Positions 39,791-53,700 of a stretch of DNA of 64,000 nucleotides are shown piece by piece. The stretch comes from Antedon mediterranea (lineage: Eukaryota; Animalia; Echinodermata): positions 2,936,101 to 3,000,100 of the forward strand of contig NC_092677.1 of NCBI RefSeq assembly GCF_964355755.1. The letters are read 5' to 3'. Made by a program: the position numbers and the translations under genes. Position 1 is the stretch's first letter. The number at the start of each line of letters is the position of its first letter. The notes beneath the pieces were generated by a model. That model was not told where the DNA came from. It did not search any database and saw only the letters and a program-made list of their open reading frames with translations.

Positions 39791-42700
39791 TTACCAATCT
39801 TAACTCTTAAAAAAGTGTTTTTCAATATTGAGCCACTTGACATTAAACCTACTGACACTACAACCGTATTCCGTCCGGCCCGAACCGGTGGCCGGATATA
39901 GAAGAACGTGAAAAATGTCTAGAAAGAACCGTTTAAACTAAACTCATTCCGGATTCCGTGTTAATCGTATACGTGTATTGAAACACGCAACGTAGCCGGG
40001 AGGCATTATTTTTTCCCCTATCAGGTTAAGGCAAAACTGAATAATGCACGAGCCTAATTATGTAGCGCGCCCTATGTGTAAGCCCTTTTAATGTCATAAT
40101 TTATACCATAATCTCGTGAATTATTCATGATTTCTACCTTAACCTTACTACCTTAATATAAGAAAAAATAATGCAGCCCAGAGTTTCCTATTCAACCACC
40201 GGAATGGCTCCTCAATCGGTGGTATGAAGTTATGCGCCCAATGAATTAAAAGGGGCCCTGTTACCTGAAGAAAATTACATTCTATTTTTAGTACTTTGTG
40301 ATATTCATGCTGCCACAAATCTTATTGCAGAATTTGAAGAGGTCGTAACATCCCATAAAATATCGATGCTGACAAATTACTTATCTTGATATTAGCTGTA
40401 CACCATTGTCTTGTTTTCGTTCTGTTTTGTTTCATCATTTCCGTGTAAGAATCATTTCAACATTCAAAAGTCTGTGGTTTTTTAAACAACATTTCGGAAT
40501 GTTTGTTTGATGAGCTATAATTTAAATTTGGATGATTTATTTCTGACAAGACGATAGGTATTGTAATTGAAGAGTAAGCAGAGAAAACAATTCTGAACAT
40601 ACACGCGCGTGTACAGATGTTGTTGCCTGTATTGCGCGTACCATCCCGTGTGTTTCATTTTATGCAAATCTGTAAATAATTGATCTACGCGGAGTACGCG
40701 CTCCCTTCATATCAAAAAGGGATGCCCGTATTTCGTGTAAACAATGTTATGTAATTCAAATGTCAAGTTGTTGCATACATCCTGCAATGATGTCATACAA
40801 TGTGTGGAGTTTGATTTATTATTGCAAAGTGCAAAGGCGAAAATGCTAGAATTGCCATGTTGGTGTCCCGACATCACCTTGTATTATACCCAGAAGATTC
40901 ATTTGATAAAATAACATTTACCTGGTAAAATGTTGGCTGGTTCTTATAAAACAAATGTATTAACCACGTATAAAGAGATGAGCAGTCACATGAGTCCACA
41001 TCCTTATATATTTGTTTCTAATAAAGAAGAGCATTGGTTTAGAACGGATACAGTAGCTGCCAATGAGGATCTGGCATTTCTCCAGATAAATGATGCATTC
41101 AACAAAAAAGGTTACTGATAAAGTTCTCGTTATATTTTAAATTATTTCCAATTGACATCATTGAATAATGAATTTAATACAAAATATCCTGCTATGATGA
41201 ATATGGGTCATAGGTCAACCGAGTGGGTGGATAATAACTTCCGAAGTGTGAGAATGATGTAATTGCAAAAGAGATAATTCGTTGAGGATGATGCACATGC
41301 TGGAATGCAAAATACTGTATTCCATTTGCTTACAGAAAAAGACAAAGGCGCGTCTATAGCGTTCAATCAATTATTTGATGAAGAGTTTTATCAAGTTCGA
41401 ACCAGTTAATTGTTGTTGTATTTTCCCCGCTGATTTTCGTTGTGATAATCTACCCTTGAAGATAATGAAATCAGTTTTTAACCCTGATAATTATAATCAA
41501 GATGAATATACTATAAAGACGATCTATAGTTAAGTTTGTACCATATCATTCACGTCACATCAAAGGATTTTGAAATGTTTGATGTTTTAAAGTTTTGCGC
41601 GCGTGTAAAGGGATTTACGCGCGCGTTATTTTCGTGATGTACGCGCTAATGAAAATGAATTATGCGCGGCCGTAATCTTGTTATCTACAGGGCATATACA
41701 CAAGAAAACTTTTTTTTTAAAAACTTTGTAAAAAAACTATTGATTTAATCTTCAGAAGAACAAAGTTGGAGAGATGAGGAACATTCTAGACAATGTGGTC
41801 TAAAATAGTTGAGGGATTTAAGACATACCATTGTATTTATGAATCAAAGTTTCTCGGACTTAACGAATGCCCAAAGCGGAGATAATAACGGATGAACTCA
41901 ACGGAATTGTGAATAAAAATAGCAACATATTTGTATAATTATCTCAAAAGATTATTGTCTATAAAAATTATGATATTTTAGTTTGAAGAAAAATTCGATC
42001 CAGGCCTAAAGTTGAATCGGGGCGGGCTAGAAAACCGCGAACACCGCTTTTGACGACCTCAGAAAGTTTTCTGGGTCCCGAGAGGAGCTTCGTACTTTCT
42101 CACGTGACTTCGCTTGGATTTGTACAAGATGCCGCCGGCATTTGTATGTAACTGTACTTTCAAGTCGTGACTTACTACGATTATTTCAATGTTTCCCAAA
42201 CAAAGAATTAGCGTAACTGGCTGTTTTAGCCAAAAGCTTTGGAGAACTTGCGGCGACGTTTACACAGCGGGGAAAGCTTTTTCAGGCGTGGATATACCAG
42301 CTACTCACAGCTGTTCCAGAAATATGAATTAAGTGCAGCGCCCCCAACGTTTCATAGCGTTTTATGGAGTAGCGATTCCGAAAACATATTGTATACAAAC
42401 CACATGAGGAAACCCGGAAGCAATCAAGCATAAAACGACTGTTTTTTAATAGCCAATAAAAACAAATAAAGACCGCGAAAGTCAGAAAACTAATGAATAT
42501 TCATTAGAACAACCCTGGATGAAGGTGAAAAACATGCTGTCGTCGTTTTATCACGTGGATTTTAAGAGGTAATGTAATTGAAAATTGTACACCCAACGCC
42601 AGTTTTTTTCTCAAGCGATACATTTAAAAAAGTAGGTATAAATGTTGTTTTCCATATCAGTTTAAAAATAATTTTTTCTGTTGAATTCTTTGATTTAGTT

Positions 42701-42838
42701 GGATACTTTAGTTATCCTTGAATGTTTTAACAAGGATCGTATTCATATTGCCTGGCTGGATTTTTTCCTACGCTAGCTTATAATAGGCTATGCCCAGGCT
42801 CCCTTGCGTGGTTAAAACCAGCTGTGTAAGACTAATGG

Positions 42839-43757
42839 CTGTTTATTTTTAACACGTAAACATGTATATTCGGAGGGCCTGAGTGACAGTTGACCTGTTA
42901 TAAAGCTGATTAATTACTTGTTCCTGGTTCTAATTAAAAATTAGGCCTAGTCTAGGCCTAAGCTTTTTTAATAATCATTCATATTGGGAGAGGAGTACAG
43001 AGTAGGCCAGGCTACAGGCCTAGCCTAGCTAGGCCTATGTTATATAATAGGCTAGGCTACATCATCAGCATGGTTAAAGGCTAGCAGCCTACCTAGCATG
43101 TCTTAGTCAAAGATCTGTAATATATTAATAGAAAGAAGCTATAGAGTACTGTGACATTAGATATTTAATCATAAATGCATATTTCTTTCATATTTGTATT
43201 GTATATTTATTATTTTGATATGCAATCACAATCTAAATCAGTAAATAACATCAATTTCCGTTATCAATAAATAATTATTAATATATAAACCAAATTAAAA
43301 TAAAATAACTGTTTATTTTTAACACGTAAACATGTCTATTCGGGGGCCTGAGTGACAGTTGACCTGTTATAAAGCTGATTAATTACTTGTTCCTGGTCCT
43401 AATTAAAAATTAGGCCTAGCCTAGGCCTAAGCTTTTTTAATAATCATTCATATTGGGAGAGAGGAGTACAGAGTAGGCCAGGTTACAGGCCTAGCTAGGC
43501 CTATACTATATATAGGCTAGGCTACATCATCAGCAGGTTAAAGACTAGGCCTACCTAGCATGTTAGTCAAAGATCTGTAATATATTAATAGAAAGAAGCT
43601 ATAGAGTACTGTGACATTAGATATTTAATTATACGGTAAATGCATATTTCTTTCATATTTGTATTGTATTATATATGCAATCACAATCTAAATCACTAAA
43701 TAACATCAATTTCCGTTATCAATCAATAATATATATAAACCAAATTCAAATTAAATA
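42839..43757. repeat. Tandem duplication of a ~470-bp segment (42839-43308 / 43309-43757)
   Basis: Both copies begin ctgtttatttttaacacgtaaacatgt and share long identical runs, differing by small indels. Confidence 0.92.
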
Positions 43758-43959
43758 GCTTCCAAAAAATTAAATTCAATTACAATTCATATACCATTTG
43801 TTAAATATTTTCAAAATCATTGTTCTAGCAATAACACAAAAAAATACTACCATTCATACAGTATACTGTACATAATAATATGCAATACTGTAACAATTAA
43901 CTGAGAAATATTTTAGCAAACTATTCCTCAACTTTTCTCCACTTAGTTACCGGCCTAGT

Positions 43960-45085
43960 TACTTCATGCTGGATCTCAGGTGAAATAAACGTCAGATGTG
44001 ACTTCATGATTTCCCACAAAACTTTTTCCATGGTACTGCTGTCGAGGAATTTATTTTTTCTAAATACCTCGTCCATTTTTGTACATAGAGGTCCAGTTTC
44101 AAATCTCTTGGTTCATAGTAGTTCGCTATATAAAATATATAAAAGAAATATGGCATTAATTTTTTATAGTATTTGCATGTTTTAGACATAATTTTAAAGG
44201 TGTATAATGTAGGACTGACCAAGTCTTTGACCTCTTGTTCTTTTAGATTTATTCTGTGGCCAGTCTCTGCAATCTTACTATGCTGTTTTGTCACAAGTGA
44301 CACTGAGAGTTCATTTCTTAAATGCTCAAGATTCTCTTCTAAAGACTGGATTTTAATCATTGTACTTTGTAGCATGTCAATGTGCTGCAGCTTCTGATTT
44401 TCTCTTTCTGCTAGATGATCACCTGAGATTAAACAATATTGGTCAACCAAATAAATGTCAATCTGCATAAAAAATGAGCATCAAAATTATTATATTTTAA
44501 AAATGTTAACAACTATTTCTTGTAGCAGATAATGATAATACAGTATATGGATAATTCATAGGAAAATAAGTTCCAGCCAAAGGTTTGCTTTATTATGCAT
44601 AAAAATAGGATAAACAATTTTGAAATTCTATGCTCAAAGGGACAATGTATATTTAAAGAACAACTTGACCAATTGAGTTATTATGTAATGTCAATGTAAA
44701 GTTGAAACAACATTTGAATTTACCAGTCAAGATGTCAGCATCCTGTCGCATGTTGAATATTATAACATATTGACACCTGGAAAAATAGTTGATTGAGGAA
44801 ATATTTAATAAAGAAAAGAGGTATATTTATAAATTACTGTAACAATTGTTTGTTTTGACAGTTATTTTATACTAACATTGTTCTTTAATAAATAATATGA
44901 AGTACAAACACACATTTCATTGTTTGGAGTGTGTATTAAACTTTCTAAAGAGGTGGTTATGATTATTTACCTACCCTGTTTAATTCAATGTCTACCAGGT
45001 ATGGTCTAACAACGCTGTGCGATATTGTTTTGCTTCTTTGTGTTCACTGCCATGGTCTACAAAAGACTTGTAGGCCTTGAGATAT
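43960..45085 (-). pseudogene. Degenerate multi-exon DNA transposase relic, Chapaev/RAG1-core-like. Pieces at ~45085-44975, 44776-44724, 44422-44220, 44125-~43960
   Basis: Joining frames across frameshifts gives YLKAYKSFVDHGSEHKEAKQY/SVVRPYLVDIELNR, a coiled-coil exon (DHLAERENQKLQ...EQEVKDL), then RTTMNQEI/ETGPLCTKMDEVFRKNK/IPRQQYHGKSFVGNH. I recognise the GP-x-LD...RQxYHGxSFVGNH arrangement from invertebrate transposase-derived proteins. The superfamily assignment is from memory and needs an HMM check. Confidence 0.6.
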
Positions 45086-46756
45086 CTACAGGCTTGAGGA
45101 ACATTGTTGGTTCTGATGTCATCTTGATTACAAAAACAATAGATGCAACTGTACTTTCCTTTAAAAATAAATCAATTTTTAAATCTACAGTACTTCAGTT
45201 TTGTGTCCAAACAAATCCAAACAAGAGAGCTAATAGCCAAAATATTAAACAATTATTATGCTGTAAAAATGTATTAATATTAAGGCCTAGCCTAGGCTGT
45301 GACTGTCACTCAGTCCCACCAGCTAGCCTAAAAATGCACCAGGAAAGCAATAATTATTATTATAAACACATGCCATTAATTATTTGGTAACAGTTATAAT
45401 TATTACATTTAGGATTAGGGTAATTAAAGGTTTAACTATTACGAATTTTCTATGTTTCGGCCTAGCTTCATTCTAGGCCCACATTACTGTCACGGTCATC
45501 GCGGGCGTCAACGCACTTTCTAAGCCTATCGCCAAACCGTTTTCTCGCCGATAACAATAACAATGTATAAAAGGGTTGCAAAATATGCGAGTTTTACTAA
45601 AAACTGAACCAGGCTATATTAACAAAACTAGTATTATTTTGTTTATATAATAATGATGGACTATATTCTAGTTCGTTCTTTTTCCAAAAAAATGAATTAT
45701 ATCCACAAAAAAAGTAAAGAATACAATGATATTTTCTACTTACGATTGTTTACTATTTCATTACACAGTTTATCTCAACTTCCTGGTTTATGTGCGGGAG
45801 AGTATTTCAGTAAAATGGACAATATCGTCGTTTATTTATTAATTTATAGTACAGAAACAATAAAATATTTATTTTTTAATTGAACATACACTTTTTTTAA
45901 TCGTTTAGTTTTGTATAAAATGTTTTTACTACATAAAAACTCACGATAGCGAAATTTAATTTGGCGTTCGCGAAATAATGGTTTGTAAACAAAAATTATA
46001 TGTCCGCGCGACTCGGGGGAGCCTCGTCTGCTAACACTGAGGGCGCTTGACTTTTTCTGATATCTTAACACTAGTTGAAACAGCTGTGTACTAAAACCTG
46101 TAGCCAGCCCGCGGCCAGATCTTCGTAGACTTGGGTGAATCTGCCGCCCTTCCTCCAACCGAGATTCCGTGCTTCTTACAATGTATTCGTATGCCTAGCT
46201 TCCAGCAACATGGCAACTTGTACAATTAGGGAAGTACACCCGACCTGGCATTATGTGATAGTAAGGTTACACCTCGGACAATCTTCGCAAAAACCACAAA
46301 TTTAAGAGATTTTGTCTGTTAATACTGTCAATTACCATTATTTCTCCAAAAAGAATCAACTTTTGTTCCATTTTCCCAAGACCAACGACAAGCGATTTGA
46401 TGGCGATAACATTACCTTCAATAATTAAATTAATCGATGCTGACAAGGTCGCCACTTCTTGCAACCTAGTTTATTTAACATTGTTTTTAAAAACAATAAC
46501 TTAATTATTTTAAGACTTAGATTTTCCAATTGAACATTGTAAATAATTGACTGCGCAAAAGTATAATATTGTCAATTACAGTATCAAATGCTTTTTGTTC
46601 AGTCATTTTTCTTTAACAAACAAAAGTTTTGTGAAAATTTAAAAATAATTTTGCTAATTAAAAAGTACAGGAACAATGAAGTTCATGGCTGGCATATACA
46701 ATAAAAAAAAATGTTCTTTTTAAGTTACTTAACATTTATGTTTTAATCGCCATGTA

Positions 46757-46988
46757 TGTTACGACGTAAACGCATGATGTTACGACGTAAACGCATGGTG
46801 TTACGACGTAAACGCATGATGTTACGACGTAAACGCATGATGTTACGACGTAAACGCATGATGTTACGACGTAAACGCATGATGTTACGACGTAAACGCA
46901 TGATGTTACGACGTAAACGCATGATGTTACGACGTAAACGCATGATGTTACGACGTAAACGCATGATGTTACGACGTAAACGCATGAT
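46757..46988. repeat. 21-bp minisatellite (atgttacgacgtaaacgcatg) x11
   Basis: Direct reading; explains three repetitive ORFs. Confidence 0.96.
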
Positions 46989-47685
46989 ATAAACATAAGT
47001 TCTTTCTAAATTGTACTTCTCTTGATTCAAACATTCTGCCAATTATTACTGTTTCCGTTGTGGCACGAAATTCATATTAAAAGGTAAGAGGTGGAGAAAA
47101 TACCAGAAATCTACGACAGCCATTACGTGAATGGAATATCACAACAGACATACCAGAAAACCCCAAGGAAAACTGTGTCGAGTAAAAGAGACCGAAGTAC
47201 TTACTCAAATTATGTAAAAATCATACGGTTATCTCATTATAGTCGATATAAAAATAGAATATTTACGTACATCTTATATTTAGAAAATAGAATTGAGAAA
47301 CTTCTTTAATTTTCAAGAGCGAAGAAATCAATATTTTAGAAGTAAGATTTGGTTTTATAAGTTTTAAATATCAACACACTTTCCCACGACGGTTAAAGTA
47401 GTAGTTGCTTTTGTTCAAAACATTGTATTTCTCAAAAAAAAAACCACTTATTTCATCCATCATTCTTTAAGAATAATTTTAATGCGTTTCATTTTGGTGT
47501 TTCCACAATAAAATTTAGAATTTAGGATTCTAATTTAATAAAGAACGTTGATAAATAATCTCTTTATTTTTATTGATCAGTACCATTTAGACAAGTTCAG
47601 ACAGAGACTTTTCCGATTGCTTTGCTTACGTATTCTTCAGAAATATTAGGGCGCGATTTTACAGCGTGCATCTGAAGTAACTTTA

Positions 47686-47846
47686 CATGCGCACCATAGT
47701 CAATTGACTAGAGTGTGTGTGCGTGCCATACTCAATTGACTAGAGTGTGTGCGAACCATACTCAATTGACTAGAGTGTGTGCGCACCATAGTCAATTGAC
47801 TAGAGTGTGTGCGCACCATAGTCAATTGACTAGAGTATGTGCGCAC
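47686..47846. repeat. 30-bp repeat x5 with a palindromic core (tagtcaattgacta)
   Basis: Unit caccatagtcaattgactagagtgtgtgcg. Confidence 0.9.
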
Positions 47847-50508
47847 TGAGTGTTATGTTCATCTCGGCAGCTTTTTTGTCACAAAGAAGAGAAAAATATT
47901 TTCCTTGGTTGTTTAATCAATTATGATCAGATGTAGGAAGGTGTGAATAAGATGAATTGAATGATTAACGACTGGTGCGATGAAGGATATTTTATTGTGG
48001 TTTTCTTTCCGGCAAATGTTTGGACGACGGAGGAAGATGTGGTTTACAAAACCTTTCTAATTTCTTAGAATAATTCCTACTTGAAAGGGATTTATTTATT
48101 GATAATTGCAATATCCAAAGGAGTCGTTTCGCTCACTTTAAGAAGGGGAATGTTTATGTCAGATTGTGGTTTCTAGTAGTTTCGAAGAAACTCTACAAAA
48201 GAACTATTTGGTTTACACGCCTTGGGCTGTTAGTGGTGCTATACTATGCGATTGACATGCGAACTAATGTGGACATAAATAAACCGCGCCGCCAACGTCA
48301 ATCGCCACACCTATAACAAGAAAGTTGTTTCCTGTTGATGACGTCACTATACCTCGAGGGCTCATTCGTCACCTGACGACTTTTTCTTTAGAAAGATGAA
48401 GAAAAACCAAACTATGATTTTAATTCGTGGAGTGATGATGTGTTAAGATGTCTGTATGTCTGTTTGTCTCTATAACCGTCTAGCTTTGACGTCACCACAA
48501 TGCGATATCTATGTCGAAAACGCAGCGCAATCGTTAAATACAATATTAGTTTTACTGACACGTGACACATCCTTGCCACCATAGGAAAAAAAAGGAAAGA
48601 CAAAAAGAAACGTAGTGTGGACATGCTTTCTGCCAAAATTCGCAGCCACACTAGCAAATAAGCGATTCGTTTGTGAAAGAGCCGAGCGGATTGACGACAA
48701 AATAATAAAGTACAATCGTAAAATGACTCTTTAAAAGTTTCCACAAATATTTAAAGATTGAAACAATAGCAACGTGTGACTTGTTGAAGTATCCAGCCGT
48801 ACACTCCCCGCGGGATCGCCTTCCTACAAGTGTCTTGTCTATCGACACGTCCATGTCCGATTCAATTAAACAACCAGTTGTTTGTAATTGAACGCGATTG
48901 ATGAGATCTTAACGGCGGCCGTTGCTTCAACTGTTTAGTTTAGTGAGAACAAAATAGTCCTTTAAAAATGTACTTTGTACATTAAAAACAAATCTGTTTA
49001 ATTTGATGATGTAGTTATCTGATGACAGAAAAAACAACAATGTTCAATTGAATATAAGTACTGTACCTATAAGCCGTACAGTACTATCTAATAGCAGTAA
49101 TGGAAGTATCTCAAAATTGCCTAAAATTTAACTCTTTTTCAGGTGAGAGTTTAAACACTAATAGAAATACTTAAACCGCCCCAGGTTCATCGATAAACAT
49201 TATAGTTCAAGGTGTCGAGGGCCTGTGGGACGGGTACATATACTATTTACATTCTAACTAACACAGCTTCAACGCAATCAAGCATTATTTCCCAACACGT
49301 TCCACTAATTCTAGGGCATTTTATCATTTTTTCCCAGCCCTCCCGTGCCCATTAACCGGCGTTACACTAATAGATTTATGGGTAAAATTCGTATCGCGTT
49401 TCGTAGTTTGGTGTTTACTTTCATTTGGAAACTTTTTTCTTATTTGTTGAAGCATGATTAGACAAGACGTATACTCCTCAATGTTTATTAGTTTTGATGT
49501 TGAAATATGTATCAAGTATACCCATAAATTAATATAATTTCTATTTTAATATAACGATGATGGTTATAAAGAGATATAGTTACAGATGTAGAAGCGGCAG
49601 ATCTTAGCTAGCCTAGATATGCGTATAGCCATGGACAAAATAACACAATATTTTATCAATGTGGCCGAGCGATTGAGCAAACTTTTAAAGTAAATACTGG
49701 TAAAAATATTTTACCTTGCTGCTCTATACACCATTTTCACCTAAATTCATCGATATGACCACTCAGACGTATGTTTTATTTGTATTCTCTGGAGTAGCGG
49801 AGGAGTAGCCTACAGTTCAGATCTTTTGCAGTTAGTTTGTCACATGTGTTCATTTGATTTGGTCACTTCGCCCCAATTTAATTAGTCTTCTAACTGTCAT
49901 TTTCCTTATTTCTTAATTACTCCTCTGAAGTAATATTGTTACAACTGTGGGCTACATTAATAAAAATTTAAAAGTATCATTTTCATGTTTCTACGACACA
50001 TTATCCTTGTCGAATTAGTTGTCACCCACGACAATGACGCCTCAATTATTTAGAAAAACACAATTTTAGAAACATGACACAGCCTGGACCCTCCACCTTG
50101 CAGCCGTCGTAACCCACCTTTTCTTCACTCGCAGTATAAACATTATGTCATCACAACAACGGTCAGATTGTTTTAACTGTAATTTTATTAGACTAGTGAT
50201 AACATATTAAGTTTTATGTGGTTTTTTAACAGTTACCAAAACATGTAACTGTCGGTGGTTTTCGTGACTTGCTGACGCACGTCACGCACGCATTTTGTAT
50301 TGAAACTTTTAATTTAATTTAACATACGTAAAGTCAAAAGAATATTAATTTTAAACAATTATTATGTAAGCCTAATTAGGCCTATCAGTAAAAAGATGCG
50401 ATGCAGAAATTGGTGGAAATACCGTATGCCGTTATTATCGAATCTGACTATACTATTGCGCAGCTATTTATGAATTACAGCACGGACGTACAGCCAATAA
50501 CTAAAAGC

Positions 50509-50777
50509 CTACGTGCACATAACCACGCGTATACGTGCACATAACCACTCGTATACGTAAAAATAACCACTCGTCTACGTGCACATAACCACTCGTCTAC
50601 GTGCACATAACCACTCGTCTACGTGCACATAACCACTCGTCTACGTGCACATAACCACTCGTCTACGTGCACATAACCACTCGTCTACGTGCACATAACC
50701 ACTCGTCTACGTGCACATAACCACTCGTCTACGTGCACATAACCACTTGTCTACGTGCACATAACCACTCATCTACG
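50509..50777. repeat. 22-bp minisatellite (ctacgtgcacataaccactcgt) x~12
   Basis: Direct reading. Confidence 0.93.
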
Positions 50778-53700
50778 TCGTGCATGCAGTCACCTATCGT
50801 TTTGTTTTATTAAACGGTAGGCCTATGACATAACATTAAATCCGTGAATTCATTCAAATGGATAATATTCACACTAGTGGTCCAGCTGCTATATCCAGGA
50901 ATTCCAATGTAACCAAGCCCTAGTATTTTAATTTCACTCTAATGAATTTATTTTATCTTATCAATAGTAATCCCATACAATCTAATTAATAAACGTGAGA
51001 TTGTTATTAAGAAAACAAGTTAATTTAAACACGCGGTTTGAGTCCTACTGAGCTCACCTTTAAAACAAAGTGTAATCGATAGTTTTCCATGCAAAGGTTA
51101 AACAAAATAGGCCATACATATCGAAGTTAAAAGGACACATAGTAACGCGTGCGCGTGCAAATGTTGAGTAAACCTATGACTTTTTATACGCGCGCGTACG
51201 TGAAGTTAAAATAATATATTTTTTTTAAATCAAAGAAAATATAATTATCTACGTCGGAAAACAAATAAAAGAAACAGATCAGAAGTCCATGTTAAGGTAA
51301 CCATCCCCTTTAGGCTGAAATCAGGCCCGCTAGGCTTTTCAAGCTGCCGCAGGGGTGAGAACGAAATAGGTCAAGCCTCGGCGGTTTGTAAGGTTCTCAG
51401 AGCCAACCTGGACCCAGTACAATTAACTAAGGAGGCTTAGCCTCGGGGAAAGGGTAAAGTGAGAAGTTTGTGTGTGCATCAATGCACAGAAATATTTCAT
51501 TTCGAATGAAATCTGATGCATAAATATCGTGAAAACCAGATAAAGACAACGGGAGGTAACAATCTTAACATCATCAAATATGTTAGCTATGATTTAAGTG
51601 AGGGCGCTTGTTGATATCAACAAGTTTTAAATGCTGACGATTCCATTTTAAAAATGTTACTACTTCAGTTCAGTAACAAATAATTTTGCATTGTGCACCT
51701 CCTCAATACAAACACGAATTTGTTTTTGTACGTGTATGTCAACTCGTCACGCATTACGTTGCAGAACGTCTTCAACGATATCATGAAAGAGACGCAGTAT
51801 GTTACGTGTGCGTACAAACGCTAATAAAACACAACCATGCTATACGCGCGCGTAAATGTAGTACGCGCGCGTAAATGTATTTATCGTGCTGCCGTATCTA
51901 GGTCAGTCAAAACTCCTCATAAAAGACCTTGACACGCCGCTGAACTAGAGAACTTGAGCAGAAGCAACAAGAAACGCAGAGGAACAATATTTTATACCTG
52001 TAACAGATGTTTTACCTTTAGGCTGTCAAGTTCAATCGAATTGCAGGCTGTTCTTGAGGCAAACATTATCTGCTTTACAGAATTTTGTTAGACTTTATTG
52101 TTAACAATTAGAATGTCATGTTTACTAATGGTCGAGAATTCGAAATTGTGCAGTACCGTACCGGTCGTCGCGTCTCAGGTTTTTATGGCTTGGTTTAGGC
52201 CTAGTTAAATCATGTTAGTACGGTGTTTTCATCGTCCGCTGTGTGAGCACCTCTGTCGACATCAAAGAAAAACATGCAATACCCGAATTAATGTTTCAAT
52301 TAGGTACATTAAAATCTCTCCTTTAAATTCTAAACTTGATTGTTCACAAAAGACTACACTTTTTGTTTAATTTACTATCATTGTTACGCTTTAGCAAATT
52401 TAACGAATACCATCTTTACTGCATTAATACCGTAACATAAAATATTTACATCAATGATTATGAATTAGGTTAATAATAATAAAGATAATCACACGTTTAT
52501 GATTACAAATACCGCCGTTGTAAAACGAAACACAAATTTACTGTCCAATTTTGTACAACATGGCTTTAAGGAGATTTTCAATTATCATTTTATAGACGCG
52601 CTCATATTATTGATAGTTATAATTTTATTTCTGAAGTATTTAATAACGGCAATTACATATTTAGGTTAAAGACATACCATAAATGCTGATATCATAATTA
52701 GCCCGTCCTTGAACAGTTTTTAGTGGTTTTAATAAGTTGTTCTAAAAAGCGACCATTCCAAAAATGATTAGAGCCGGCCCGATATGTTTTATTAAGACCG
52801 TCTTTATTTGTTTGTTTTTATAGCCTCGATATTAAACATGTTTTATTTAAAAGGTGATATTAATTTGTTTTATTTATTGAATTTATGGGGGGAACCTGAA
52901 TATCAATATCGAAAATAATGTTAATATTTATACACGAGCTCGTATGCACACCGGTAAGTCTTTTATTGAAATTAATTTCCGACGTTATAGTTAGGCCACT
53001 GATCAAGTTGCTGCCATCTTACAGAGGAGAGGGACTAACGATAGCAACGGTGTGGAGCTGCTTAGGACGCGTTACCTCCTTGCAGGCCCGCAAGGGGTTT
53101 CGTAGTGTCCGAAAGAACCCCATCCCCCACCCTTTCTTAAGTGCCCTTGCATGCTACAGCCCAGCATAGTTCTAAGTGCTAGTAAAAAGTTCCTTAATCA
53201 TGGGGCATTTTTTGACCAATCATATCTAGCCAGTGAGCTAAGTATGGTCTAGGCTTAGACCAGGCTTGTTTACACGGCCGCCGGAAGATAGGACCCATGA
53301 CGTACCGTCTGTAACAGGAACGACAACGGTGGCGGTGAAAATAACTACGATGCATTACATGTTGAAATTGAAATACGAACAAATTAATAAGCCTTACTTG
53401 ATAATTACTTAAGGTCAAGAATAAATATAAATCATAAATTTCCATCACAGATACCTCGGTTTTACAAATAAATTTAAATGAAACAACAGAACCATTGCAG
53501 TCATAAATCACCAGCACAGTAGTAAATCACGTGTGACAATTTCATTTTGAAGTGGACTCAATCGCAGTCGGAGCAAATATGTACAAAACATAACGATATC
53601 AAATTAATTGGAGTTTGATTGATTAATTAATTAATTAGATTAATAAACGTGGCCGTGATTATACGATGATTGAAACGATTGATTGATTTGGAACGTGAAC

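Noticed and set aside
45450-45490. Second hammerhead candidate on the minus strand (ggcctag..ctaggcc-GAAA)
   Set aside because: The core reads gtaatgt rather than CTGANGA/TTGANAA, and the stem is made of the ubiquitous aggcct motif.
46736-47042. Arg-rich protamine-like ORFs (MLRRKR, RLRRNIM)
   Set aside because: Open in several frames on both strands purely because of a stop-free 21-bp minisatellite.
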